Below the pieces are notes generated by a model. It did no database searches. It saw nothing but the letters and a program-made list of their open reading frames with translations, and was not told where the DNA came from. Below are positions 10,087 to 18,686 of a DNA stretch of 32,000 nt, piece after piece. This stretch comes from Methylophaga frappieri (GTDB taxonomy: Bacteria; Pseudomonadota; Gammaproteobacteria; Nitrosococcales; Methylophagaceae), in contig NC_017856.1 of NCBI RefSeq assembly GCF_000260965.1, forward strand, positions 2,280,001-2,312,000, written 5' to 3'. The position numbers and the translations under genes were made by a program. How positions within the stretch are numbered: position 1 is the stretch's first letter; every line of letters begins with the position of its first letter.

Positions 10087-11060
10087 TGGGCTATTTGCGC
10101 CTGTTTCTGGCCTGGCTGGTGTTATTGTCACATATCAACTGGCGGGTGGATGGTCTGAATCCCGGCGTATTTGCTGTGGTCATTTTTTATCTGCTGGCCG
10201 GCTCTGTGGTGACGCACCTTTGGCATGATGTGATGACGCCCGGCCCCGGTAAATTGCGCCGCTTTTATCAGGATCGGTTTTTACGCATTTATCCCATGTA
10301 TGCCTATGCCATGTTACTGACTTTGCTGTTTTTGCTTTATACGGGGTTCGGTCAGCCACAATACCAGCCACTGGCCTTGTTCAATAACCTGATTATGATT
10401 CCACTGAACTATTACATGGTGATCGATAGCACCGTTATGACTAATCCGGCCTGGAATCTGGTGCCACCGGCATGGTCTTTGGCTGTTGAGGTGCAGGTGT
10501 ATCTGTTATTGCCATTTTTACTGTTGCGCCCGGCGTGGGCAGGGCTGGCCTTCGTCGCCAGCCTGATAGTCTATATGCTGGCGAATCTGAGCCTGATTCA
10601 GCCGGACTATTTTGGTTATCGGTTATTACCCGGGGTGTTATTTATTTTCCTATTAGGTTCTATCTTGCAGCGGGCGCAGCAGCAACCTCGCTGGTATGGC
10701 TTTTTAGCGTTTTTTTGGCTGGCGATGGTGCTGACCTACGTTGGTTTTGCCTGGACACAGCAATTTCCAGAAGCCTATACCCGTGAGACCTTATTAGGCG
10801 TCATCATTGGCTTACCTTTGATCGCGGTACTGAATCACTGGCGGCCTAGACTGCCCGGCAATGGTTTTGCCGGACAGCTGTCCTATGGGGTATTTGTGCT
10901 GCATTTTCTAGTGATTTGGGGGCTGGCGCACTGGCAGGGTCATCACTTTAATAGCTGGCAATATGCTTTAGTGGTCACGGCATTGACCGTTTTATTGGCG
11001 CTTCCCGGTGTACTTCTCCTTGAAAAACGCATCAACCGGTGGCGATTTGCGCATAACTGA
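10086..11060 (+). CDS. Acyltransferase family 3 (polysaccharide O-acyl/acetyltransferase) integral membrane protein
   Basis: 324 aa and polytopic. Contains YLRLFLAWLVLLSH and PAWSLAVEVQVYLLLPFLL motifs characteristic of the OafA/WecH/NolL-type acyltransferase_3 family. It has an ATGA overlap with the upstream GT gene. Confidence 0.8.
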   Translation: MGYLRLFLAWLVLLSHINWRVDGLNPGVFAVVIFYLLAGSVVTHLWHDVMTPGPGKLRRFYQDRFLRIYPMYAYAMLLTLLFLLYTGFGQPQYQPLALFNNLIMIPLNYYMVIDSTVMTNPAWNLVPPAWSLAVEVQVYLLLPFLLLRPAWAGLAFVASLIVYMLANLSLIQPDYFGYRLLPGVLFIFLLGSILQRAQQQPRWYGFLAFFWLAMVLTYVGFAWTQQFPEAYTRETLLGVIIGLPLIAVLNHWRPRLPGNGFAGQLSYGVFVLHFLVIWGLAHWQGHHFNSWQYALVVTALTVLLALPGVLLLEKRINRWRFAHN

Positions 11061-11137
11061 ACCTGTTTATTATCAGCAGGACATGACAAAATACGCCGCA
11101 ACATAGCAGGCAAACAGATCAATCCACGTTTCTGCGC

Positions 11138-11208
11138 ATCATCTCACAGCAAGCCGCATGGGTATGGCTTATGATGGCCTTTACCGCAGCATCATGGCGG
11201 CTGTCTGA
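11138..11208 (+). pseudogene. Orphan 3' fragment (last ~23 codons plus stop) of the 2847-3956 glycosyltransferase gene, carried along with gmd copy 2
   Basis: Translates to ...HLTASRMGMAYDGLYRSIMAAV*, against DHLTASRMGVAYDGLYRSIMAAV* at the end of the intact GT. No upstream GT coding sequence precedes it. Confidence 0.75.
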
Positions 11209-11211
11209 CCG

Positions 11212-12288
11212 ATGTCACAGCGGCCTGCCCAGACAACAACAAAGGAACCGACATTGAAAACGGCGATAATTACCGGGATAACGGGCCAGGACGGCGCCTA
11301 CCTTGCAGAGCTGCTACTTGGCAAAGGTTACCGCGTGATAGGCACCTACCGTCGCAGCAGCTCCGTCAACTTCTGGCGTCTCGATATGCTTGGCGTTCGC
11401 CACCACCCGGATCTGCAACTTCGCGAATTTGACCTGACCGACCTCAGCAACTGCATTCGGCTGTTATCAGACAGCCAACCAGACGAAGTCTACAACCTGG
11501 CAGCACAAAGCTTTGTTGGCGTCTCCTTTGAACAACCGTTGACCACTGCCGACATCAGCGGTATTGGTGTCTTAAACCTGCTGGAAGCCATTCGCATCGT
11601 TGACAAAGGGATCCGCTTTTATCAAGCCAGCACCTCCGAACTGTACGGCAAAGTCCAACAAATCCCCCAAACCGAAGACACCCCTTTTTACCCGCGCAGC
11701 CCCTATGCTGTTGCCAAACTGTTCGGTCACTGGAGCGTTGTCAACTACCGCGAATCCTACGACCTGTTTGCCAGCAGTGGCATCCTGTTCAACCACGAAT
11801 CCCCATTACGCGGCAAAGAATTCGTCACCCGCAAAATCACCGACCGGGTTGCCCGCCTGGCCGATGGCGACCCGGCACCGTTACGGCTGGGCAACATGGA
11901 CGCCAAACGAGACTGGGGCTATGCCAAAGAATACGTTGACGGCATGTGGCGCATGCTGCAACACGAGCGTGCTGACACCTTCGTACTGGCGACTAATGAA
12001 ACCCACTCCGTGCGTGACTTTGTCAGCTGGGCATTTGCCGCTGTTGACAAACACATTGACTGGCAGGGCAGTGGTGACACCGAACAAGGCCGAGACAGTC
12101 AAACGGGTCAATTACTGGTTGAAGTAGACCCGGCATTTTACCGTCCTGCGGAAGTCGAACTGCTGATAGGCGACTATCGCAAGGCAAAAGAGGCGCTGGG
12201 CTGGTCGCCGCAGACCGACGTTGCGCAGTTATGCAAAATGATGGTTGACAGTGATCGGCAGAAAATTGCCAATGGGGTGTCGTTTTGA
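11212..12288 (+). CDS. gmd: GDP-mannose 4,6-dehydratase (copy 2)
   Basis: 358 aa, identical to copy 1 except D32E. The stop overlaps the TTG start of the downstream reductase gene (TTGA). Confidence 0.95.
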   Translation: MSQRPAQTTTKEPTLKTAIITGITGQDGAYLAELLLGKGYRVIGTYRRSSSVNFWRLDMLGVRHHPDLQLREFDLTDLSNCIRLLSDSQPDEVYNLAAQSFVGVSFEQPLTTADISGIGVLNLLEAIRIVDKGIRFYQASTSELYGKVQQIPQTEDTPFYPRSPYAVAKLFGHWSVVNYRESYDLFASSGILFNHESPLRGKEFVTRKITDRVARLADGDPAPLRLGNMDAKRDWGYAKEYVDGMWRMLQHERADTFVLATNETHSVRDFVSWAFAAVDKHIDWQGSGDTEQGRDSQTGQLLVEVDPAFYRPAEVELLIGDYRKAKEALGWSPQTDVAQLCKMMVDSDRQKIANGVSF

Positions 12289-13130
12289 CGGAAACCGTCT
12301 GGATTACGGGTGGCAACAGCTTCACCGCAGGCCATTTATCGCCTGCATTAAAACAAGCGGGCTATCAGGTTAATCAGACAGCGATTGATATTACCGATGC
12401 TGCGGCTTGTGACACCTTTATTAAGCGCGAGCGACCGGACTATATTATTCATCTGGCGGCGATTTCATTTGTCCCGGCCGGGCAGGATGCCGAAATTTAT
12501 GCCGTTAATACACTCGGCACGGAAAATGTGCTGAAAGCAGCCACTATTGCGCCGCCTAAAAAAATCATTTTGCCCAGTACCTCGCATATCTATGGGCGTC
12601 AGTCGTTGCCGGTCATTGATGAAGCCGTCGCACCGGCACCGGTCAGTCATTATGGTTGCAGCAAACTGGCGATGGAATATCTGGCCGCCAATTACCAGCC
12701 CAGCCTACCGATTCAAATCGTGCGGCCGTTTAACTACACTGGCCGCGGTCAGGCAGCGCAGTTTTTAATACCCAAACTGGTCAGTCACTTTGCCCGCCGT
12801 GCTACCACCATCCAACTTGGTAATATTGATGTCTGGCGTGATATTTCCGATGTGCGTTGGGTGGTTCAGGCTTATCTTGGCTTACTGACAGCGTCGCCAC
12901 AGGGGCCATTAAACCTGTGCCGTGGTGAAGCGATCAGTATTCGCGAGATGCTGACAATGCTTGAGCAACTGACCGGCCATCAAATTAAGATTGAACAGGA
13001 TCCGGCGTTAATGCGTCGCGATGAGTTACCCAGACAATGCGGCAGCCAAATACAACTCCGCGCAGCATTGCCACTGCTGCCGGAGCCGCTGCCCATCACC
13101 GAAACGCTTGCCTGGATGCTCGCTGTCTGA
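12285..13130 (+). CDS. rmd: NAD(P)-dependent SDR, probable GDP-4-dehydro-6-deoxy-D-mannose reductase (Rmd-like; makes GDP-D-rhamnose)
   Basis: 281 aa. Contains [13 protein letters not shown] (Rossmann), [16 protein letters not shown] (YxxxK), [10 protein letters not shown] and [12 protein letters not shown], colinear with P. aeruginosa Rmd (..VQDPARMRRAE..). It is translationally coupled to gmd. An alternative 4-reductase or epimerase specificity cannot be excluded. Confidence 0.7.
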   Translation: MTETVWITGGNSFTAGHLSPALKQAGYQVNQTAIDITDAAACDTFIKRERPDYIIHLAAISFVPAGQDAEIYAVNTLGTENVLKAATIAPPKKIILPSTSHIYGRQSLPVIDEAVAPAPVSHYGCSKLAMEYLAANYQPSLPIQIVRPFNYTGRGQAAQFLIPKLVSHFARRATTIQLGNIDVWRDISDVRWVVQAYLGLLTASPQGPLNLCRGEAISIREMLTMLEQLTGHQIKIEQDPALMRRDELPRQCGSQIQLRAALPLLPEPLPITETLAWMLAV

Positions 13131-13176
13131 AGGGGCTTAATAGGAAAAATAGGAACCGCGTCAAGAATCAGCTACA

Positions 13177-13203
13177 CTGCCCTGATAACGAAAAACAGGG
13201 CAG
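13177..13203 (+). promoter_or_regulatory. Perfect 8-bp stem hairpin (CTGCCCTG-N11-CAGGGCAG) abutting the Shine-Dalgarno of the methyltransferase gene
   Basis: Read directly from the sequence. It is followed at once by GGAG and the TTG start at 13213. There is no T-tract, so it is not a classic intrinsic terminator. Confidence 0.3.
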
Positions 13204-13212
13204 GGAGCAACG

Positions 13213-14205
13213 TTGACCACCGCTTTTTATCGCGCTTTTGAAGATGCCTTTCGCGGCAGTGCCTCGCTGATTAAGCAACGCCTGCAAGTCTATCTCCCGT
13301 ATCTGGAAACGTATGCCAATCGCTCGCCAGCGGCAGTCGGGTTGGATTTGGGCTGTGGTCGGGGTGAGTGGTTATCGCTGCTGCGTGAGTTAGGTATCGA
13401 GCCACGGGGCTGTGATCAGGATGCCGATATGCTTGCGGGTCTGACAGAGCAAGGCTACGACGTGACGTGTCGAGATCTGTTTGCCCACCTCGCAGAAACA
13501 ACGGATGCCTCGATTGATATCCTCAGTGCCTTTCATGTTGTGGAACATTTGACCACGGCACAGCTTACCGACTTGTTACAACAGAGCCAACGGGTCTTAA
13601 AACCGGGTGGCATGCTGATACTGGAAACGCCGAACCCGGATAATATCCAGGTTGGTACCCATTACTTTTATCTTGACCCAACTCACCTGACGCCGATCCC
13701 ATCAGCACGACTGCAATTTATGGTGGCGTTTTACGGTTTGAAACAAACCCATACGCTGGGGCTGCAAGAACCACAACACTATCCCCTCGCTGAAATTGAT
13801 AGCTTAAGTCGGGTTTTTAGTGGTGTCAGTCCCGATTACGCCGTCATTGGCTATCAACCCGATCCGGGCAAAGCCGACACGGAGTCGTATCAATCCGAAG
13901 CCGGGCGAAGCCTGAATGATGTGTTAACCCACTACGACACCAACCAGCAGACGCGATATCAGGTGCTTGAGCAACAACTTCAAGCCCAGCAGACGATAGT
14001 GACCGCAATCCAAACACAGCATGACCAACTGATGCAACGCAACGCGCAACTTCAAGAACTTAACCAGGCGCTGCATGATGAATGTCAGGACATCCGAAAG
14101 CATCTGCAGATGATCTTTGACAGCCCCTGTTGGACATTGTGTAAGCCATTACGCTGGTTAAAGCGACAATGCCGGCAATACTGGCAACAAATTCGAAACC
14201 GCTAA
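13213..14205 (+). CDS. Class I SAM-dependent methyltransferase with a C-terminal Q-rich coiled coil
   Basis: 330 aa with a TTG start. Contains SAM motif I VGLDLGCGRGEW, post-I DQD, and VLKPGGMLILETPN. The C-terminal ~90 aa (YQVLEQQLQAQQ...LQELNQALHDE) are heptad-like and are followed by a ..CWTLCKPLRWL tail of the kind seen in O-antigen chain-terminating or modifying enzymes. Confidence 0.85.
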   Translation: MTTAFYRAFEDAFRGSASLIKQRLQVYLPYLETYANRSPAAVGLDLGCGRGEWLSLLRELGIEPRGCDQDADMLAGLTEQGYDVTCRDLFAHLAETTDASIDILSAFHVVEHLTTAQLTDLLQQSQRVLKPGGMLILETPNPDNIQVGTHYFYLDPTHLTPIPSARLQFMVAFYGLKQTHTLGLQEPQHYPLAEIDSLSRVFSGVSPDYAVIGYQPDPGKADTESYQSEAGRSLNDVLTHYDTNQQTRYQVLEQQLQAQQTIVTAIQTQHDQLMQRNAQLQELNQALHDECQDIRKHLQMIFDSPCWTLCKPLRWLKRQCRQYWQQIRNR

Positions 14206-14513
14206 CGCCATTCAACCTATTATATGAAGGTTTCATAGCATGCGTGATTGCCCAGGCCCACTGTGTTTGCGCAAGTGAATCCGCAAAAAAGACAAAATTA
14301 CGCTTTTACAGCAGGGTGTTAGCGCTTTTTTTTAAACCGATTTGTGACTGAATTCACGGTTATTAACAATCCAATAATGGCATCCGGGACTGCTGTCTGA
14401 CCAGCTGTCATCCGGTTAGGCCGGATCGCCATAGCCTTTTCCGGGCATCACGGTCAAAGGTCGCTGTATCAAGAGTTTGACTTAATTAGCAAAATTGAAA
14501 AAAAAGTGAAAAA

Positions 14514-14556
14514 AATGTGTCTTGTCATGTTATTCGACACATTTATTTGCTATGAT
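14514..14556 (+). promoter_or_regulatory. Candidate promoter of the surface-protein gene: extended -10 (TGcTATGAT, 14548-14556) overlapped by an 8-bp perfect inverted repeat (AATGTGTC-N14-GACACATT, 14514-14543)
   Basis: Read directly in an A/T-rich stretch of the 539-bp intergenic region. No good -35 hexamer lies at 17-bp spacing. This start would give a ~185-nt leader. Prediction only. Confidence 0.3.
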
Positions 14557-14744
14557 CAGGAGCAGTGACTCGCCGAGGCGGTCACCAAATGCGATGCGCC
14601 ATGGTAGTAACGCAGTTGTTGGACGCTTTCACGAAGGTGTTGACATCAGATACATACCTCGTGCATGTTATCACTCGCTGATATATTCACGCACCCGACT
14701 CCTATGGTGGAGTCAACAAGAAACTTTTTAATCAGGAGATTGAA

Positions 14745-17700
14745 ATGGCCTTAACTCAAACTCAAGTATCTGAGCTTTACGTCGCGATTTTTAATCGTGC
14801 ATCGGAAGGCGAAGGTAATGCCTTTTGGCAGACCTTTTCTGCCACAGATGATGTGTCAGAAGTTGCCAACATCATGCTGGGCACCACCGCTGCGCAAGAC
14901 TACTTTGGCAGTGCATTAGATAATGACCAGGATTTTGTTGAGTGGATTTACCAAAACACATTCAATAAAACCATTGCTGACGATCCAGACGGTATCGCTT
15001 TCTGGGTTCAAGAATTAGCGGATAATGGCGGCGACCGTGGTGCGGTTGTCGAAGCGATTATTTTCGCGGCTAAGCAACCTGAAAATGCCGGTCCTGCACA
15101 AGACCAGTTTTTAAACCGGGTTGCTGTGTCTAACTACGCAGCACAAAATCTGGATGAAGCACCTGCTGATCTGGGCTCACTGCGTTTTGATGACGAGCTG
15201 ATGGTATCAGACGACGATGCCACCGTAACTGCGGCACAAGATTCAATTGATGATCTGGCTGATGAAGAGCCTGTTGATCCAGGTGTGCCGGGTGATGAAT
15301 TCCTGCTGACGTCAGGTACCGATCGTTTTACTGGTACAGCCAATAACGACTTCTTTGATGCGCCAATCATGCAAAACCCATTTGCGGGTGGTGTATCTAA
15401 CTCACTGTCAACGGCTGACCGTTTAGACGGTGGTGCGGGTACCGACACGTTGTATGCTGAGTTGGTTTCTGAATTTGTTGGTACCGACACCAGCACTATC
15501 ACCGATGTTCAACCACGTACAACCAGCATTGAAATCGCTGAATTTGAAGCGTTGGATATGTCTGGCGAAGGTGAAAATACCGTTGTTGTTGATGCGTCTA
15601 AAATGCTGGGCGTTCAAAAAATCGGTTCTGCCTACTCAGACGGTGACTTGGTTATCGAAAACCTGACGACACTGGCTAACGATGGTTCGACCATCCGCAA
15701 CACGTCAGAAATGACCATCACCATGGATCACACTGACAACTTTAACTCTGATGAAGATGCATCAGACCTGACAGTTTTCTTTGATGAAGATTATCTGGTA
15801 ACAGGTCAGCAAACCTCAGGTGCGCAGTTATTGGTACGTTTGGTTAACGCGGTAGAAAACGAAGCCGGCCGTAACTCAGTTGAAAAATTCAACAACATCG
15901 AGTTTGCCGTTGGTGAAACAGTGGTAACCGTTGATATCTCAGCGATTGCTGCTGATGACACACTGGATTACACCACTGTTTACCAAGCGATCGTTGATGC
16001 GATTAATGCCCAGCTGGATGCCGACGGTTTCTCTGACGTATCTGCTGCCTTGGCGCCGGTTGAAAATGCGGTATTCTCAATCCCGGTTGCTGGCTTCCAA
16101 GCAGGCGACCCTGCAGGTCCTTACTTCCCGATCATCATTTCAAATGACGGTCCAGAGCCATTGACTGGCGTATCGATTGATACAGCAGAAGATGCCAGCG
16201 ACACTGACTTGAACAACTCGTTCTCGACATTTGATCCAACCACTGAGATCACACCGATTTCGGTTGATGTTGAGCTGCACAAAGTCGGTCAGGACGGTGA
16301 CGGTGGTAACCTAATCATTGGTGGTAAAGATCAAGACTCTATTGATGATGATGTTGACCAAAACGACGGTATTGAAGTATTCAATATCGAAGTATTGGGT
16401 AACGAAGATCGTCCATCGAACCTGGGTTACATCACATCAACCAATGGTGCGCTGCGTACCGTTAACATTGATTCAGAAACCCGTACAGATGATTCTTACG
16501 CGGCGCTGACTGTGCGTGGTTTATTGTCAAATGAACTGCAAGGTCAAAGTGCGTCTGCACCATTTGGCGGTACACTGACGAACCTGAATGCCAACACCTT
16601 CTTTGGTGATTTGTACATCGGTACCGTTTTTGCGGCACAGAACATTGATACGTTCAGCGCAACGGGTGGCGGCGATGTGTTCTACAACGCAGAGAAAGAT
16701 GATAACGGCGTATACACTTCAACCGTGACTGGTGCGGGTAGCGATACCATCATCTATGACATTGACGGTGACTCAGTCGATACCATTGGTGAAGGCTTTA
16801 TGGTCTCTACCGGTGCGAACGGTGATTCAATCGAAGTCACACTGGATAGCGGCGTATCCCAATCCACCATGTATCTGCTGGATAATCTGGATATCAGCAC
16901 CGGCAGTGGTGATGATTATGTCTTCGTCGGTGGTATTGCCAACGTTGATGTGATGGCGGGCAGCGGCAGTGATTTCGTTGAAATCGATACTGCGGGTGTA
17001 AGCGGTGTAACAGGTGGCAGCACAGGCACGTGGGAATTTGGTGATATCACTGGCCCACAAACCTTCGGTGATGCCTTCGGTCTGCAAGGTGGCGGTCGTG
17101 TCTTGTATCAAGCGCAACTGACGGCCATGTTTGCCGGCTTTGAAAGCACCGTTACTGTTGAAACCACTGCGGCCAACAACTATGTTGCCACGCAAATCGA
17201 TATCAACAATGCGATTGCTGATGCGATTGACAGTAACCCGGAACTGGCGCGTTTGCTTGAAGAAACGCTGGGCACCGGTCTGCAAACTATCAATGTTGCT
17301 TCGCTGGTAGAAGGTCTGAATGACTTTGCCATCAGCTTGTATCAGCCAACATTGGTCGATGCCGGTGCAGGTTCTGGTGCTAACGGTACAGCAGGTCCAG
17401 GTGAATTGACGGTGACTAACACTACTGTCTTGAATGATCTGGCTGAAGGTCTGATTGCAACGCAGCAAGAACCAAACTCTTCGTTGATGAGCGATGCCGA
17501 TGGTATCCGTACTCAATTTAACGAAGATGCCGGTTCACTGCTGCAAGACGGTTCAGTCGGTACCGGTGGTATCGCTGGTCTGGGTACCATTGCTTATGAT
17601 GGTGGCGAGATTGGTCGCGGTCTGTATGAGTATGAAGCGCCAAATGGCGGTGGCAGCGGTAATGGTGGCGACATCAACTACTCTGAAATTGACATGGGTA

Positions 17701-18452
17701 CGGGTGCCAATGACCTGCTGGTATTAAGCTCAGCTGATTTGAGTGCCAACACCATTCAGATCACCGACATCTTCGGTAAAGTGTCTGTCGTTAACTTCTT
17801 CGATAGTGGTGAAGATACATTCACTTATGAAGAAGACGATACGGTTGGTACTCAGTTGGCGGATGTCGGTATTCACCGTCTGGACTTCACCGCATACCTG
17901 ACCAATACCATGGATGAGTCTGACAATACACCGAATGACTTGTCTGAAATGCGTATTGCCACGGCGCTGGAAACCGACGTGACCGATCTGGGCGCGAACG
18001 AAGTCGCCGTTGTTGACTTCAACTTGGTTGACGGTTGGAATGGTGCGACAACGAACTTGTCATTCGCGACCCTGACTGCATCACAATTACTGGCAGAGAT
18101 GAATGCTGCTGGTGGTGCGGCTTCAGAAGGTGCGAAAACAGATCAAGTTCAGGATATCAACCAAACTATCGTCATGGTTGAAAACAACCGTAATGCAGGT
18201 GAGTACAAAGTATTCAGCGTTCAATCCGATGTGGATAACGCTGGTACAGATGGCTTCACCAGTGCAACACTGCTGGGTACGCTGGACTTCGGTTACAGCA
18301 TCAGCCGTGGTGAAACACCAACGGATGTTGATGAAACTGATGGTACTATCGTGACCAATGGTGACACGTTGAGTAACATCAACCTGACCGGTTCGGTGGA
18401 TTCAGATGCCCACTTTAACGATGTCTTTGGATTGACTTCGGTTGCTCCATAA
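14745..18452 (+). CDS. Large acidic secreted surface protein, candidate T1SS-dependent S-layer/surface-array protein (DUF4214-like N-terminus, degenerate RTX-type repeats)
   Basis: 1235 aa with a strong RBS (AGGAG). It has no Cys, no N-terminal signal peptide and very high D/E/T/G/N content. The N-terminal QVSELYVAIFNRASEGEGNAFW...FVEWIYQNTFNK..DPDGIAFWV resembles DUF4214 repeats. One canonical nonapeptide is present (GGAGTDTLY), along with degenerate ones (GAGSDTIIY, GSGDDYVFV, GSGSDFVEI). The gene is followed by a strong terminator. Confidence 0.8.
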   Translation: MALTQTQVSELYVAIFNRASEGEGNAFWQTFSATDDVSEVANIMLGTTAAQDYFGSALDNDQDFVEWIYQNTFNKTIADDPDGIAFWVQELADNGGDRGAVVEAIIFAAKQPENAGPAQDQFLNRVAVSNYAAQNLDEAPADLGSLRFDDELMVSDDDATVTAAQDSIDDLADEEPVDPGVPGDEFLLTSGTDRFTGTANNDFFDAPIMQNPFAGGVSNSLSTADRLDGGAGTDTLYAELVSEFVGTDTSTITDVQPRTTSIEIAEFEALDMSGEGENTVVVDASKMLGVQKIGSAYSDGDLVIENLTTLANDGSTIRNTSEMTITMDHTDNFNSDEDASDLTVFFDEDYLVTGQQTSGAQLLVRLVNAVENEAGRNSVEKFNNIEFAVGETVVTVDISAIAADDTLDYTTVYQAIVDAINAQLDADGFSDVSAALAPVENAVFSIPVAGFQAGDPAGPYFPIIISNDGPEPLTGVSIDTAEDASDTDLNNSFSTFDPTTEITPISVDVELHKVGQDGDGGNLIIGGKDQDSIDDDVDQNDGIEVFNIEVLGNEDRPSNLGYITSTNGALRTVNIDSETRTDDSYAALTVRGLLSNELQGQSASAPFGGTLTNLNANTFFGDLYIGTVFAAQNIDTFSATGGGDVFYNAEKDDNGVYTSTVTGAGSDTIIYDIDGDSVDTIGEGFMVSTGANGDSIEVTLDSGVSQSTMYLLDNLDISTGSGDDYVFVGGIANVDVMAGSGSDFVEIDTAGVSGVTGGSTGTWEFGDITGPQTFGDAFGLQGGGRVLYQAQLTAMFAGFESTVTVETTAANNYVATQIDINNAIADAIDSNPELARLLEETLGTGLQTINVASLVEGLNDFAISLYQPTLVDAGAGSGANGTAGPGELTVTNTTVLNDLAEGLIATQQEPNSSLMSDADGIRTQFNEDAGSLLQDGSVGTGGIAGLGTIAYDGGEIGRGLYEYEAPNGGGSGNGGDINYSEIDMGTGANDLLVLSSADLSANTIQITDIFGKVSVVNFFDSGEDTFTYEEDDTVGTQLADVGIHRLDFTAYLTNTMDESDNTPNDLSEMRIATALETDVTDLGANEVAVVDFNLVDGWNGATTNLSFATLTASQLLAEMNAAGGAASEGAKTDQVQDINQTIVMVENNRNAGEYKVFSVQSDVDNAGTDGFTSATLLGTLDFGYSISRGETPTDVDETDGTIVTNGDTLSNINLTGSVDSDAHFNDVFGLTSVAP
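14763..17228 (+). repeat. Direct repeat copy A (2466 bp): 5' two-thirds of the surface-protein gene
   Basis: Matches 18705-21171. The proteins are identical over residues 5-828. Spurious ORFs in other frames and on the opposite strand are duplicated verbatim in the track (15134..15502 equals 19076..19444; 15423..15617 equals 19365..19559; 16318..16509 equals 20261..20452). I found one substitution (16247 G vs 20190 A) and one 1-nt indel. Confidence 0.9.
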
Positions 18453-18504
18453 GATGGTGTAAATGGTCATCTGACAGTCGTGACTTGTCATGGCTGAATG
18501 AACC

Positions 18505-18540
18505 AAAAAACCCGCTCTGGCAACAGGGCGGGTTTTTTTA
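18505..18540 (+). terminator. Rho-independent terminator after surface-protein gene 1
   Basis: A 9-bp stem (CCCGCTCTG / CAGGGCGGG, with one G-U pair) and a GCAA tetraloop, followed by T7 and preceded by an A-run. Confidence 0.85.
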
Positions 18541-18686
18541 TGCTTGTATTTTGGTGATATTCGCCAATCACGCACATCCTATGATAGGGTTTAAAACAAT
18601 CGGTTTTACAAGGCCGTCGACTTGACTGCTGCACAGAAATGACGCGCAGTTAAGTGTCAGCTCACCCTATCTAACAGGAGTACAGA

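Larger units (their letters stand above)
11138..12290 (+). repeat. Direct repeat copy B (~1153 bp): GT 3' remnant plus gmd copy 2
   Basis: See copy A. The spurious alternative-frame ORFs in the supplied track are also duplicated (4320..4544 equals 11572..11796; 4348..4875 is near-identical to 11600..12127). This shows near-identity at the nucleotide level. Confidence 0.9.

Noticed and set aside
3886-12290. The gmd-flanked 7.25-kb block as a transposon or integrative element.
   Set aside because: I found no transposase, integrase, inverted terminal repeats or target-site duplications. The flanking repeats are functional genes in direct orientation, which points to homologous recombination rather than transposition.
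14522-14731. A 69-aa + strand ORF in the leader of the surface-protein gene.
   Set aside because: It has no SD sequence, it starts inside the predicted promoter, and its composition is R/S/H-rich and non-protein-like. I treat the region as 5' UTR or regulatory.
14563-14744. A possible c-di-GMP or other riboswitch in the long leader of the surface-protein gene.
   Set aside because: I could not find the conserved GEMM-type core (e.g. the ACGCAAAGC-type tetraloop-receptor elements) or any other riboswitch signature by eye. A covariance-model scan would be needed, so I make no call.
16827-17516. A 229-aa minus-strand ORF antisense to surface-protein gene 1, partly duplicated at 20770..21138.
   Set aside because: It lies wholly inside the strongly supported 1235-aa ORF, has no RBS or recognisable motifs, and reflects the biased G/A/T-rich codon composition of the sense strand.
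14745-18452. Interpretation of the 1235-aa protein as an RTX pore-forming toxin.
   Set aside because: It has only one canonical nonapeptide and lacks both a hydrophobic pore-forming region and a HlyC-type acyltransferase gene. Its composition and genomic context fit a structural surface protein better.
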